A stretch of DNA of 63,557 nucleotides, filler included, from Bigelowiella natans CCMP2755 (GCA_000320545.1; 4 parts of 4 records of this genome joined end to end with filler, not necessarily neighbours in it); one strand, 5' to 3'; shown: positions 1 to 13,400, counted from the whole stretch's first letter. A program made the numbers and translations. The notes: generated from the letters alone by a model not told the origin.

Positions 1-19
1 TGATGATAATACACACCAG

Positions 20-844
20 GCAAGGCGTGGAGGTGTCCCTGCCAATCAACCTCACGCAACAGGAGAAGGCGCTCATTCGACAGTAAGCGCCTCCCCCCCC
101 CCCCCTCCCTAGCCACTGCACAAGCAGAGAGAATACAATAGAGGGAAAAAAGAAGCTACTAGCCAGAAGGGGGCGGCACCTCGTGCCTTCTCTATCTCTC
201 TCACTCACAGCGCTAAACAACCCAGCGCCGCTAACTTTCCTCCCTTACTTTTCCTCCCACCACGCCCCCCCTCCTCCTCATAGGTGCGTGTCTTCCGATC
301 CCAACATGCGGTTGAATGTGCTGCAGGTAGTAGCAGCAGTAGCAGCAGCAGTAGTAATAGTGGTAGTAGCACCCAGCCAGACGACGATGATGATGATGAT
401 GATGACAACGATGATGATAGTGTTGCGCCGCCAACAGCGCAAGCACCGCTACTTGCACGACCGGTGGCGAGAGAAACTATATGTGTGCTCTTTGTGTGTT
501 CTCCTCCCTTGTTTTGACAACGCGTCTTCTTCTTTGTCTTCTTCGTCCTCCTTACCCCTTCTCGCCACCAGATCACGGAGCACCTGGAGATGCTGCATTC
601 CACCCGGTGTTGTGTTGTTTGTCGGCCATATCGTATAGTTTTATCCTCCCCCTCCTCCTCCTTCTACTCCTCCTCCTCCTTTTTTGAAAAAATGAGTGTG
701 TGAAGGGGATATCCATCAGCTCATGATATACCTTTTACTACTGAGGCAATATAACCATAATCGCCGCCACGTTGAGTAACCTCCCCCCCCCCCTCCCTCC
801 TTCGCCCCCTCAGATCTCCAGGCGCGTGTTGTGTGATGTCGTGA
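20..844 (+). CDS. 3' end of a protein kinase (TKL-like C-lobe) ending in a CaaX motif; 5' part lies outside the window
   Basis: GT-AG exons 20-82, 284-326, 572-606 and 814-844 splice in frame to ...VSLPINLTQQEKALIRQCVSSDPNMRLNVLQITEHLEMLHSTRSPGACCVMS*. This resembles kinase subdomains X-XI (LI..C...DP..R...QI..HLE) and ends in CVMS. Confidence 0.6.
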
Positions 845-1106
845 TGGAGGAGGAGTGTGGTAAGGGAGGTGAATGAAGATTTTTCGCCCATTCTTCAGTA
901 TTATCGCTCAGAACACCGCACCAGCGCGAGAGCCAGGCACATAATGAGGATCTTGATAACAACATCTAGTCGTCTCGATATAAGTAGTTTAAGTAATAGT
1001 AATAGTTAGCAGTTGTAGTGTAGTGTAGTAGTAGTAGTAGTGGCAGATGGTCGCTATAGTACTTAAATAGTAGTTGAAGAAGACGGTGGAGAATATAATA
1101 AATTGT

Positions 1107-1148
<42 letters not shown>

Positions 1149-2087
1149 GTTGGAGGTGGATGTGGAAGGAGGTTGGTTTTAAGATAGACCTTAATAATAG
1201 TCGTCTATCGATTCTTACGATTGATGGCTTTTGCAACGAGAGAGTCGCCATCTCAGCAGCCGCGTAAATGCAGAGGAGGCACAACTATAGCAACAACTGC
1301 CGATGAAGAACCGAGTAGTGATAGCGTATCATGGATGTAGCTTGGTTGGTAAATGATAGACTGTCAATCGCAATAACTTGCGGGAGAACCGCCAGCTGAT
1401 CTAGAAATCAGGATGCACATAGTTGTTCGTCGCTGCATGTGGCTCAATGCGTCGTTTAGATGTGATGAAGGCGTTCATATGATGATGTGCGAAAGAAACA
1501 ATCTGGACGCAGTGCTTCGCAAAGCAAGCGCTAGGACTTTCGCTTTAAGCTCGTATTGCTTTGCGAACAAAATCCATCACGCGAGGGCTGACATTTATTG
1601 GCGGCAGATTTTTCTAAATTTTGACATTGCGCGCGTTGCACCGTGCGATGGTGGAATGTGGTTCATCAATGCTGCATCTAAAGATCCCACGGCGCTGCCT
1701 GCATGCATGCACACGTATACAGCTTGAACATTGAATATTTATTAAACTTGCATGTTGCTCCAAACAAGACGATACGCCCCAATATTGACATGCGTTACAA
1801 ATTGCGGTAGGTACATAACGTCGAAAGGTGTTGCCGTGCTAGGCTGAAATAATTGATATGAGCATTTACAATAGTACATCGTATCGAGTTTTAAATATCT
1901 CGCATTTAGCTGTATCTTGCGAATATGTTGGTTCGTCGTATTTGGTAGTGAGGACAATTCCAAATCGGTTCTTGCATTTCCATTATATCTACTGGTTATT
2001 TCCTTCCAAATGGCTGTGATGATAGTGATTCTTTGCAAACATATATATATTTAATACATATCTTGCCCGGCTTGCAGCGATTTAAAT

Positions 2088-3264
2088 TTACGAATCGCTG
2101 GAAGGTGGAGGAGATGCCATTCCATCGTCGCGAGGAGGTACCCGAGCATCTCCGGCTGTAGATTCAGTAGAGCTGTCTTTGTGGATCGCTGGTTCGTCCT
2201 TATTGCGAGGTGAAGGCGACGAGGCAGAATCCGAGGATGAGGGGGGGGCCTATTAATAGTTAGAGGCAGGTATTCGTTTCGATGATGCACGCGCTCGTTC
2301 CAACGCACACGTCTCTCATCACGATCATACGCCAAAGAACCTGAAATCCCAAGTCATTTTCCTCCGCGTACTTGCCCATGAACCTGTTATTGAGGTGTTT
2401 GATTCGGGAGGCAGGAGATCGTCGTTGCAGCTAGAGTGATGGCGACGGCGACGATGATGATGGTGTTGGTGGTGGTGGTGACAGAGAAATTGTGGAAGAA
2501 AGAGCGGTTGCAAGAAGCGAGAAGGTACCATGCATTCTAACAACATCCCCCGCCCGCATTGACTCATTCCTACTACTACTGCTGCTGCTACTGCTACTTC
2601 TACTACAACTCCTACTTCTACTTCTACCGCATGAATCGATCCCAATCTGCCGTTGTTTTCATAACGTATCTATTCGAGGAGGGACAGGGAGGAGAAGGAC
2701 GGCAAGGTTGTTTAGTTAATCAGGGTGAGATGATTACTGCTACTACTACTACTACTACTACTACTATGGTAAGGGCGAGTACTTTGCGTGCAGGTGAAGA
2801 GGCATTCCTTCCTTGAATTGCGCTTCTATATTAGTCGTTTCGAGCACCTACCGCAGATATTGATGATTGGGGCCATCAACAGTAAACATGTCAGAGACGG
2901 AAAGGAGGAGGAGGAGGAGGAGGAGGGAGCAGAGCGATGGTAAGTATCTGAAACAGTGACGCTACAACGCACGCACGCACGTAGGCAAGCAAGAAAAGAG
3001 GCCTAGTTGACAATGCGGTATGATATTCGGCAAAGATTTCCTCCCATATATTGCGTATGGTGGTGCGAAGGAATAGAAAGCCTTCCTGCTGCTGCTCTGC
3101 CATAATGTGGCTTCAGTGTTTCTTACATCCGCGTGCGGGTTGATGCAAAACACTGGCGCGCTGCTACTGTGCATACCCCTTCATCATCCACAAGAAACAT
3201 CCCCGTCACCTAGAATCACATCAGCCTCTTCACCTTCATCATCGTCTTCATCCTCGTCGTCGTT

Positions 3265-3295
<31 letters not shown>

Positions 3296-5587
3296 GCATC
3301 ATCATCCTCAGCATCATCATCGTAATATGATCAAGTAACGACGACTGACGAAACCTTACCATAGCAGCGGTGTCCCCCTGCAAGATGGCAGGGCTTGTTG
3401 TATTGCGATGAGAGAAACAATAGTTATGTTGGGGGGGAGGAAGAGGGAAGAGAACCAGGAGGAAGTGTAAGAACATCGCAACGATGCCAGCGACGATTGA
3501 CTTGTGGGAATGGCATAATTCAGAAGAATTTCTGCTCTTACTACCACTACTACTACTACTTCTACTTCTTCACTATTTCTGCTAGTTACCTCGGGAAGAA
3601 AAAAGACGCCATCCCTTCAATATGAATCAAACACATACCACAACGAACACGGAGGAGAAGGAGGAGGAGGAGGAGGAGGAGGAGGAGTCACTCCATAGCA
3701 AAAAACAGACTAAATGGCGTTGGCATGCAACAACACGCACATACACACGATATACAACATGCGTGATGACTCTCCTCTCTCTTTCGGAGATAATAGCTGC
3801 GAGCAGCTGTGTATTTGATTCTCATTTACTGCTTGAAAATGTGCAAACAAAGATATTCCTCCCTCCTGCCCTCAACCTACGACTCGATGATTGCTGCTGC
3901 TTGCTAGCACTGCTGCTACTGCAACTACTTTGACCTCTCTTCCCGTCACGACTCCTCGTCAGCTTCACCTCTACACATCAAAGAAAACGATCTACTCAAG
4001 ATCATGCCCTCAAGAGCAGCATGTACAGCGGCGTCCTTAACATACAAAACAAAGGCCGGCGAGTCTGTGCGTGCACGCATATATGGCTTCTGACCGATGC
4101 GAAACGACACGATAGCACTAACGACGCGTACATGAAGCGGTGTAGCATATCTGATATATCACTCGCTGGACGTTGACAAAACCTGGCACGGTATTTTCCC
4201 TGATTCCTTCGGCAAACTCGATATGCGCTGAGGGGGCGAGCAGCCTCGCGCCTCTCTACTCACCATAGGAACAAGACAGCAAGAGGAAGAGGAAGAGGAA
4301 GAAGAAGAAGAAGGAAAAAAAGCAGAACCAGATTGAGAGTCATGATGATGAAGGAGACACCATCTTCAGAATGCCTCCACAAATGCTTCTTCATGTTTTG
4401 ATTCACCGATGAACCTGATGCTGATAAGGCCCCACAGCGGTGAAATCCTCCCGGTCCCTGCTGCTGGAGTTTGCGCCATATTGAGGAACACGAAGAAGAT
4501 CATGAGTGACAAATCAGTGATAAAGAATGGCAGGACTACAGTAGTTGTGGAGATGGCGGTAGTATGAGATTATACATTTATCATTATGATTTGTACTGTT
4601 GCTTATATTATCGTATTTTATTTTTCCAAAACGTAAGTTGTACGCACGGGCTTCGTGGAGGCCTACTTAACATATTTCCCGAGCCTGAAACAGGCCAATT
4701 TTAGAGCATTATCATGCGCGCTCGCGATATGCATACAGAAATGCACTGTACACGGAACACAGCTTCACGACAGGTGAAGAGTTTCTCAACCGTGCATTTT
4801 GCCTATTTGCGTAGAAGGGTCAGCTTGAGATGACCTCCACATTCCAGCTTGAATCTGCATTTTTGTTTGTTTTTAAAATCAAAACAAGCAATACAAACAC
4901 ACACAAACACACACACACACTCATGTTGTGTCCTGATCACTGGTATTTTGTTTCCCCTTCTATAGCCATGAATCGCATGGATATGAAAGGACACAAAGGT
5001 CATGATGCATGCATGCGTAGGTGATAATCGCGTACAAACTTCACCATATGGGCGGCCATTCTATTTTCACGCGAGCACCTATGCCTCAGAAACAGAATTG
5101 CCTGCAACGAGGAAATGGCAAGCGGAGGGGAGCATCGTCAAGGTGTAATTCTGATGATTGAGCGGTTCATTTAATAAGACAGCGGCTGACCAGGACAGTC
5201 GACATCAAAGCAATGGGACCCGCAGCCTATATTGTGAACAACATCACCTCACGCCTTGACAGTCATAAATGGCGCTGTATGAGAGGGGACACGATATACC
5301 GCAGGTACGAGTTGGAATTCGAAGTTACCTTTCTCATCCTCCCCGGACGGCGCATCATAGCAGCCATATTCAGCCGTTCGTCGTGTGGATTGTATCTTTT
5401 TCTTTCTAGCGGTTGAGCAGATGGTGGTTGTAGTGATGTGAGTTCATCCCTGTCGCTGCAGTTGCTTGGAGGAGGGGAGAGAGGAGAAGCAATCATCGAC
5501 GACGTTGCAGAACTCGACGTGAGCACCTGATTTACGATATTTATTTTTCTCCGAAGAATGTGATTGCTACTAACTTGCGCTCACCAT
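2088..5587 (-). CDS. psb28: Photosystem II assembly factor Psb28, nucleus-encoded and multi-exon; 5' leader exons uncertain
   Basis: Minus-strand exons between ~4250 and 2088 splice to AHIEFAEGIRENTVPEVKLTRSRDGKRGMASFFFPSPAILQGDTAAMVTGMFLVDDEGVLETTNIEAQFKEGMPLHLHAKYVMKTTADWDRFMRFMGKYAEENDLGFQ..., carrying the Psb28 hallmarks VKLTRSRDG, TGM..DDEG and WDRFMRFM..YA. Stop TAA at 2088-2090. Start at ATG 5587 is tentative. Confidence 0.88.
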
Positions 5588-6159
5588 TAGGATGCGTCTC
5601 GGTGCTCTTCTAATCAGAGCAATGGACCATCCCTCCGTTCCACTCGCTTCTCTTAGTTCTTTTAGGTTCTCTTTTCGGGTCGGCCGGGTGGGACGCTTGC
5701 TTTCTTTTGTTTCATAATCACAATTCGATCGACTTACAGGAGGAAACATCGATGATTCTTAATCTACGACAACCTAAAAGTACCTGTCACAGGACGCAAA
5801 CCGCAACGATTGCACCGGCCGTCAGATATTCGTACTGGTCGACAAGTGCTTATTATTAGCACATCCTCTTTTTCCTTTTTTTTCTTGTTCGAAAACGAGG
5901 CATTTCCCGGAAAATCATGCATCTTCCTCATGTCGTACCAGTTAGATCGAACTCGTTTTCCCGCTTGCGTGCACAGCGTTGCACATCGGTCCGGTTTTCG
6001 AGCGGGTCGCTGCCGAGTTCGCAGACAAATCGTCCATGCACTCCGTGCGCGCGACTTCGGTGGGGCCAGAGCGAGAAAATACAGGCTAGTAGGTGGTTGC
6101 GACAAGTAATATTACCGACGAATTGTTGTCCCTGTTGTTGAAAAGAGCAGTGCAGACGA

Positions 6160-7411
6160 ATGGAAGCCGCCGAGTTCCTTTCCGACACGAAGAAGCCGAC
6201 GTATCGCCGCTTCGTGCTCAGCAACGGCAACAAAAGCGGAGATGGCGATAGCGCTGTTCTGGGTGGATTCAATCGAAGAAATGACTATAAATCGGGGGCC
6301 AAAGGGCCTCGATTCATCCACAGGTACCACAGCCCCTTCAGCGGATCTGGCTCGGACGAACATTTACACCTCCGTTAGGTACATCGCGGACGTTTTCTCG
6401 TCGTTATTCCTGCCGAAGGGATATCCAGATTCCGTCACTGAGGACTATTTAGGTACTGCGGACGCAGACGCCATTCCCCCCCCCCCCCCTTCTTCTTCTT
6501 CTTCTTCTTCTTCTTCTTCTTCTTCGATAAGTACATTCCTGCACAGAATACCAGGCATGGGACACAATACAAGCGCTTTGCAGCTATCTTCGCGGAGTTC
6601 TTGCTACCAAGGTCCGAAAGCCGATGAAAGTAGAAGAAGACCTAGGGCAAGATTAGATATTTTGCGAAAAAACAGTGCAGAGTGAAATGATCCCTCCGCC
6701 CCCCCCCTTCCTGACAAAGGCGTGGTTCGAGGGGGTTGGTGTTGGGAGGAAGGATGCATCGGCCGCTGGGGCGACTCTACAGGTGGACCTTGCCAATACA
6801 TGTTGATTGCATTAAAAAGAGGTATCTAGCTCTTCTGATATTGAGATTCCCTGATCATCCTTCAAACGTTAAAGTTTGCCATCACATGCAGCACCATCCT
6901 CCTCCTCCTCCACCACCACCTCCTCCTCATCATCATCATCATTATCGATGGTAACAACATGAGTGCTGCACGTCATAACAATACAATGTATGCCGTTGTT
7001 GTGTGTCGCATAAATGGATACTAAAAGACGGGTGCGGCATGGTGGGCAGCTTATTTTTTGCTTCAACTTGCGGTCGCAAGTTTGATGCCAACGGTTGTTC
7101 GAGCGACTACGATGCACATGCTCTTCTGCTGCAGCCTCATGATAATGATTTTGATGCTGACAAAGAAGAAGATGATGATGGTGGTGGTGATGGTAGTGAT
7201 GATGATCGTGTCTCTTTGCTTTGTAAGTCAGCACTATTTATTTTCTCCTCGAAATCCCCACCCGAAAAACCGTCTAATAATGGATGATAAGTTGTTTTCA
7301 TTCGTGGCGCTAAACAGCGCTCAGATCTTTCTCTCTTCCCCTCTCTATTACCTCCACATGATGTATTGCCATGGCACGAGCAGTGCAACTACTCCTACTA
7401 TTACTGCTGCT

Positions 7412-7445
<34 letters not shown>

Positions 7446-7821
7446 GCAGTGAAAGCTTGGAGGCTATTCGCAGATTTGATAAATAACGTGGGCCTTTTTC
7501 TGGACATGCTCGCTCCTCTAGCCGGGGTTGGTGACTTCAATCACTATCCAAATGTTCTCCCTCCACACGCCGTGCTTGCATGGGCATTATTTTTATTCTG
7601 CCTTCTTTACATGCTTTCCTTCGTTCCTCTGCTGCCTTCTTCGGATGCTTGCCATTGTTGCCACCGCCTCCTCTTACTGTTCTGTTATTCCCATTCTTGA
7701 TTGCTATGGCCATGGGCTTGCAGAGATATTTCCTCTTCGTCGTGTGCTGCGCGACCGTTTGCAAGGCCATGTGCGGTGTCGCAGCTGGAGCAACGAAGGT
7801 CAGCAAGCATACAAACTATAT

Positions 7822-7890
<69 letters not shown>

Positions 7891-9166
7891 ATAGCGATGA
7901 GATGTGATGTTTTGTGGTGTGATGCAATGTGCGTATTATTCTTTTCTTCTTCCTCTACTTCTTCTTCTTCTTCCTCTTCTTCTCCATCATCACATCATCC
8001 TGGCCATCGACGCTCAGGCAGCGTTAACCGGGCACTTCGCTCTGAGGAATAATGCAGCCGACGTGCAAGCTAAGGAATCATCCCAGGAGACGTTTGTGTA
8101 TGTACCGCAGCGATTACGATTCTTTCCGTGGAAAAGGATGGGGATGATGATGTTGCTTCCTGTGCTGTTGGCGCTGTTGATGATGAGAAATAGAGTTTCA
8201 TACCGTTGGCAGCATGCATGGAGATGGGGGGGGTCATCACATCTTCTGTCTTCATTATGTGTAATCACGATTACAGAAACTTGTTTCGGAGTGTATTGCC
8301 GATATGGAAGGCGTTGAAAACTTGTGTTGCATCCCCCCCCCCCCCCCTTCCCTCCTGCTTGTTGATTAGAACGCTTTTGGGACTTGTTGCTGGGTCTTTA
8401 TTGGCGTCGTCCACGCATGATACGATGATCTTCGCATGGTGTGTGAATTAGGAAACGATGGCTCGACAATGATGATAATGATGACGACGATGATGATGAT
8501 GATGATGGCAGCTGACTGTGAAGCTGATTCCTTTTATCACTCCTTTCTACGGCAGGATGTGGTTCATAGGCCTCACGATCGTTCATGTGTTTGCGAACTA
8601 CAATGGGGTCCGGGCACTGCTCATCCCAACGTCCGGATTGATAGTACCCAAGAAAACAACCCCAATAGAATAGAGCACCGCTCTCAGCTGGCCATCAGAT
8701 CACCGTTCTACTCGCAAGCTGGCATCCTGTGCGTCATCGCTTTATGCTATGCTTCTGCTCCCCTCCCCCCCCCAGGCTGAACGAGACGCGCTTGGAGTTG
8801 GTTTTCGAGCGCTTTATCTCTGCGGCGACTGCTCCGGACGAAGCCGACGTGCGTAGTTGCGTGGTTATAGGGTTGTAAATGTGTCTTCGTGTCGTGGCGG
8901 CGCCGCATGATGCCGCGCTGCTGCCTGTTGTCTTTTCCCATCGCATTCTGCCATTCCCCCCCTTCATCTTATGACTAGGTTGGCGTGCGTGCCATCTCAA
9001 AGATTGAGCCGCTGTTTACGCCTCTACTCGACAGCATCCACTACTACAGGGTGGTGATTGACTGCCGTGAGATAAAATAGAGGGGGGGGGGAGAGAGAAG
9101 TGAGAGGGTTGGTCAAATACAGCCCATTTGAAACTCAAGCCCCAAATCCATTCAATCCAGCACGTC

Positions 9167-9210
<44 letters not shown>

Positions 9211-10636
9211 CCTCTCCCTCTTTCTCTTTGTTCTCACACATCTAAACCTAATTGTAAAGCGCAACATCAATATCGGTGTATCTTGGGAGGAGTGCATTAC
9301 GTCAAAGGTAAGTTTGTGTGTGTGTTTATTTGTGTGTATTTTTCCATGGCTCCTGAGCTTAGCTGCCCGTGCTTGTGTTTGTGTGTGTTTGTGTGTGCGT
9401 GTGTGTGTGTGTGTGTGTGTCCTCCTCTCGCCCCTCCCCCCATCCGCAATAAACAGGAGGAATGGAAGTGGATGAGGGAGTTGTACACGCGGTACAAAGG
9501 GGAGAAATATCTGCTCAATCTCTCATCACAGGGAGGCCCACGGTATATGCACGTCAAACGTCATAACTGACCTGCAGCTGACGATGCTAGAGGAGATGGG
9601 GAGAAAACACATTTTTCGCAAAATATTCCAGTGCACGGTGATGTTGTCGGTTTATGCACCTTGTCGAGAGGGCACCCTCACGTACCTCTCTTCCTTTTGC
9701 GGAGCAGGGAACACGGCGGTGGCAGCGGTAGTAGTGCTGTTGTGAACGTCGTGGTCTTCAAAGATGCGAAAGCGGAAGATATATATCGTGCTTACTTCCA
9801 GGTAGCAATGGCGGTGTGCTCTGCACTGCATGAGTGACCTTATCGAAATGCTGTTATATCTATCTCCCTTCGCTCTCTAATCATGCTGGTTGTATTATAT
9901 GTTTTGGTGAAAGTATATACCTGGCCTTTAAGTATAGATACAGGTTCGCTGAAGTGAATCTTTAGTGTGTTTGATAACGACTGAAATGGTACTACCTCCT
10001 TCCTCTCCTCCCCCCCCCTCCCCGTTCGCTCTCGTCCCTCTGCATGTATCTGGTGAAAATCTGATCAGGGATTGATTCTCCTTCGCAGCTGTAAGAAAAA
10101 TGAAAAAGGTTTGGTTGTTTATAGCTATCGATTATTTCTCAAGATATTGACTGCTGAATTAAGCATTGCCTTGTTGCCATCATCGTGGATGCGAGTAATA
10201 CCAATAATACAACGAGAGATGCTACTACTCCCTATTCTCCATCTGCGATGTGCTTTTCAGCTTTGTGTTAGTTTTTAATAGTCGTATAGTATATAGCTGC
10301 AGTAGTAGTAACACGAGGATATTGCTTAGTCATCTTCTCAAGGGTCCAAGTAGAAACGAGCTATAAAGCCATGACCAAAACGTAATAACACGCTAGTGCA
10401 AAAGTTTCATTGAGCGAGAGTCGGCAGTGGGGAGGGGGGGAGGGTGAGGTCAAGAACACAAATCATCTTCTCAACAAGTAAAGACTGCACAGGTGGTGCT
10501 AATGACGCACGTATTAAACTGCTGCATGAGCAGGTTCGCTTCGTTTCAAAAGTGCGTGAGAGACTCGGGGTGGGACATGAAAACGTGCCTCATCGGGGGG
10601 AAGTACATTTATGAGTTTCACCTAAGCGAAAGCTAG
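6160..10636 (+). CDS. RUS1-like / DUF647 (root UVB sensitive) family membrane protein, multi-exon
   Basis: Spliced motifs LFLPKGYPDSVTEDYL-EYQAWDTIQALCSYLRG, WILKDGCGMVG, KAWRLFADLINNVG, CKAMCGVAAGATKAALTGHFALRNNAADVQAKESSQET, HVFANYNGVRAL and RLNETR. Last exon ...SGWDMKTCLIGGKYIYEFHLSES* with TAG at 10634-10636. Confidence 0.9.
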
Positions 10637-10739
10637 CTAGAGTGCTGTTGTTGTACGTGGTCTTCGAGTGCATGGCCGCTCCGATGAACAGAGCCGAACG
10701 AAGCCCGTGAACATACCATAGAGGTCATCATCGCTCATC

Positions 10740-11400
10740 CGGATATTCAATAACTAGAAGATTGTAACCTATCTAGCTATGTATCCATGTGAGCGAATAC
10801 ATGTGTACGCACATGCATGATGTTAACGCGTATATACGTAGCCAGACACACCTAGACACGTCAACGCGTACCCAGATGTGATAGACACATCTAGACATGT
10901 CGATGTAGATGTCGTCCATGCTGGCATGTCTGATGTGTCTAGATCTGCTAGCTAGCTAGAGATGTCTTTCACACTCTAGCACTGTCTAGCTGTGCATGCA
11001 AGGCTAGAAGGCCTCTCCACATGCACTAGTGCAGCGTGCACGTGCTGTTGTGCATTATAGACATGTAATACCTATTATGTGCGGTCTAGATAGTTGCTTA
11101 CTGTACTTTCCATGTCCAGATGTGGACACGCAAAAAAGCGAACATTTCGTTGTAGATGACACTCTTTTCTAGATTCTCGATTTGCTGCTCTGAATTCGCT
11201 GCATGAATCAAATCAACATGTTTCACATGCACATCGCAATCAACAACGTTGCATTCACATGTGTCAAGATGAGCAAAAAGTAGAAGCAATGTGCTAGCAT
11301 GCTTCATTGATCGATGATGTGGGGCAAGAGTACGAGCGATGATGACAATGATGGAGATGCTGCGCCCATGCAACATCAAAGTCATTACAAACGTGGCATG
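10740..11400. other. TpG/CpA-rich degenerate intergenic island with dense NNNN-CTAG-NNNN insertions
   Basis: Eight perfect 4-bp-duplication/CTAG motifs plus one CTGG variant in 10769-11033; rich in CATG, TGCA and ACAC. Confidence 0.85.
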
Positions 11401-11543
11401 GAGATCACTGTATTGGTGAACACTGACATTCGTTCAACTCCAGAAAAATCGACGATCTGAACCTATGGCTTCTTGGCAACGACACCATTGCTCTATGAGT
11501 TCACTCCTGTGGTCCATTTAAACTCTTCTTTCGCTACCCTTTC

Positions 11544-12197
11544 CTATATCTTTCGAGATTTTCCTTCGAAAATGGCTGTGTACCGGCTCTCTGACCGGCG
11601 ACTATCACCTCGAGCCTCTTGGATCAATGTTATTATCAATATGAGTGCCACGACTGTCATCACAGTCGTGATGATGACCACTACTAAGGCTATCAAGGCC
11701 TCCCAGAAATCCTTGTCATTCAAGCCCTGTCGGTAAGTTTTCGGGTTTTTGATGATTTCAAAGAGTGTTTTAGCTGACTGGGGAATTCGAGAAAATTGGG
11801 AAAATTGTGAATGCCATGTAGCTGCTGCAGGGGAGAATGCCGATGTGGTCAGCTGCGGAGTCTCCTCTTCTTTCGTCGTTTCTGGACTTTGACTTTTGAT
11901 GGAAACCGCATTCTCTTCGTTCCATGACTCACTATCGGCAATTTCAGTGTTTTTATTGCGAAGGCTGTGCTCCCGTAGACGATTCTCGCCTCCAACCTTC
12001 ATCTCTAGCGTCCTCAGGGCGCTCGGGAAACTGAAGGCCTCCCCTCCCCCCTCCACCTTCACGTCGCTCGAGAGCTCAAGTCCCGTTCCAGCGGAAGCTT
12101 CCATTTTCCCGCTTCCAGTGTCGTCGACCCAAGCGCACTTCACAGTGAGGACAACACCAAGGAGGAGGAGGGCTAGCCTCATCGTCATGACGCCCAT
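11544..12197 (-). CDS. Intronless type I membrane protein (217 aa), unknown function
   Basis: First true ATG at 12197 gives a signal peptide (MGVMTMRLALLLLGVVLTVKCA), an acidic/Ser-rich ectodomain, a C-terminal TM helix (ALIALVVVIITTVMTVVALILIITLI) and a short tail with a YxxPhi motif (YTAI). Confidence 0.7.
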   Translation of the reverse strand: MGVMTMRLALLLLGVVLTVKCAWVDDTGSGKMEASAGTGLELSSDVKVEGGGEAFSFPSALRTLEMKVGGENRLREHSLRNKNTEIADSESWNEENAVSIKSQSPETTKEEETPQLTTSAFSPAAATWHSQFSQFSRIPQSAKTLFEIIKNPKTYRQGLNDKDFWEALIALVVVIITTVMTVVALILIITLIQEARGDSRRSESRYTAIFEGKSRKI

Positions 12198-12479
12198 TGC
12201 AGCCTCTTGATGTTTCTTGGGAGGAGCACCAACGCCGAGTGGCTGCCGAGCACTAAGTTGCGCCAGTGCCTTGGGTTTGAAGCATCGCGACACAAAAAAA
12301 GAGTTGTCGCAGGGGACAACTCGATCTCAGTTTCTCCTGTGCGCTGCAAGAAATCTTCGAGCACGGGCAGCGGGTGCGCGTCCGATCATCCTTGTTCACG
12401 CTTCTTCTTTCTTTCTTTCCTCCTCCTTTCAACTCATCAACCTCAATGCCGATGTATTCATTCTGTCGTTTCACGTGGC

Positions 12480-13400
12480 TATGTGTGAACCCTTTCTTGT
12501 GTAGGAAAGTCTGCACCATTGGAATTGCTTCATTCCTTGTGACAAATGGAGTGAGCAGGCTAGCAGGGCCCAGAGGGCTGCACAGGGCTGCATGTTTGTT
12601 GAGCAGATGTTTGTTCAGAGGTGGCACACATGCAGGGACATACATGTCCATCCATGTGCACATGGGTACAACACACACAGGTGTGTGGGGTGCGTGTCCT
12701 GGTTGCATCACGCGTGCGCGCCTGCGAGCCTTGACCTCACATGGTTGGGGATCGAGCTTCGAAATGAGTCAACCCCAACAGCATGCACAAACACGTCAAG
12801 TCCCCGCGGTCTACCGCGGTCTAGCTGGACAGTTTGCACTGAGTGCATTGCTCCGGTTTTTGCTTCACAGGCTTGTCCAGCTTGTTAGACTTTGACACAC
12901 AAACTTTGTTGGATCTTGGAAGTGAACACAGAACCAACCGATCGACCAATGGTTCTAGCTGTGATTGTTGAGCAGTGCAGTGTGCGCATTTTGCTGCTAG
13001 ACTGTGCGCGTGTTCATTGTCAATAGTCATCAACATCATGTACAAATGGCACAAAACTGTGACACCACACTGTCAATTTGACATCGCATGCACACATTAT
13101 GTTGTGAACGATGGCACACGCATGTACGTAGACATTGCACGCATGGCAAAATTTGGTTCGCATTCAAATGTAACAACTGACGGCACATCTTTCCTTTGAA
13201 TGCACACGTCTACGTGCACACTCGAATCGAAAATGCGACTGCACCACATACATCATACTTATATCACATTCTTCTTTATATTTGTCTGTTGTACATTGTA
13301 TTGCAACACAGATTTTAGACTGGAGAGTAATCTCATTTTCGAATATGTAGAGCATTGCTTTCAAATTTCCGTAAGGCTACAATGTTTACTCACATGATTC
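12480..13400. other. TpA-depleted degenerate intergenic island
   Basis: TA is scarce, TG/CA and CpG are abundant; CAGG-CTAG-CAGG at 12556-12567 plus several 5-10 bp duplications. Confidence 0.8.
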
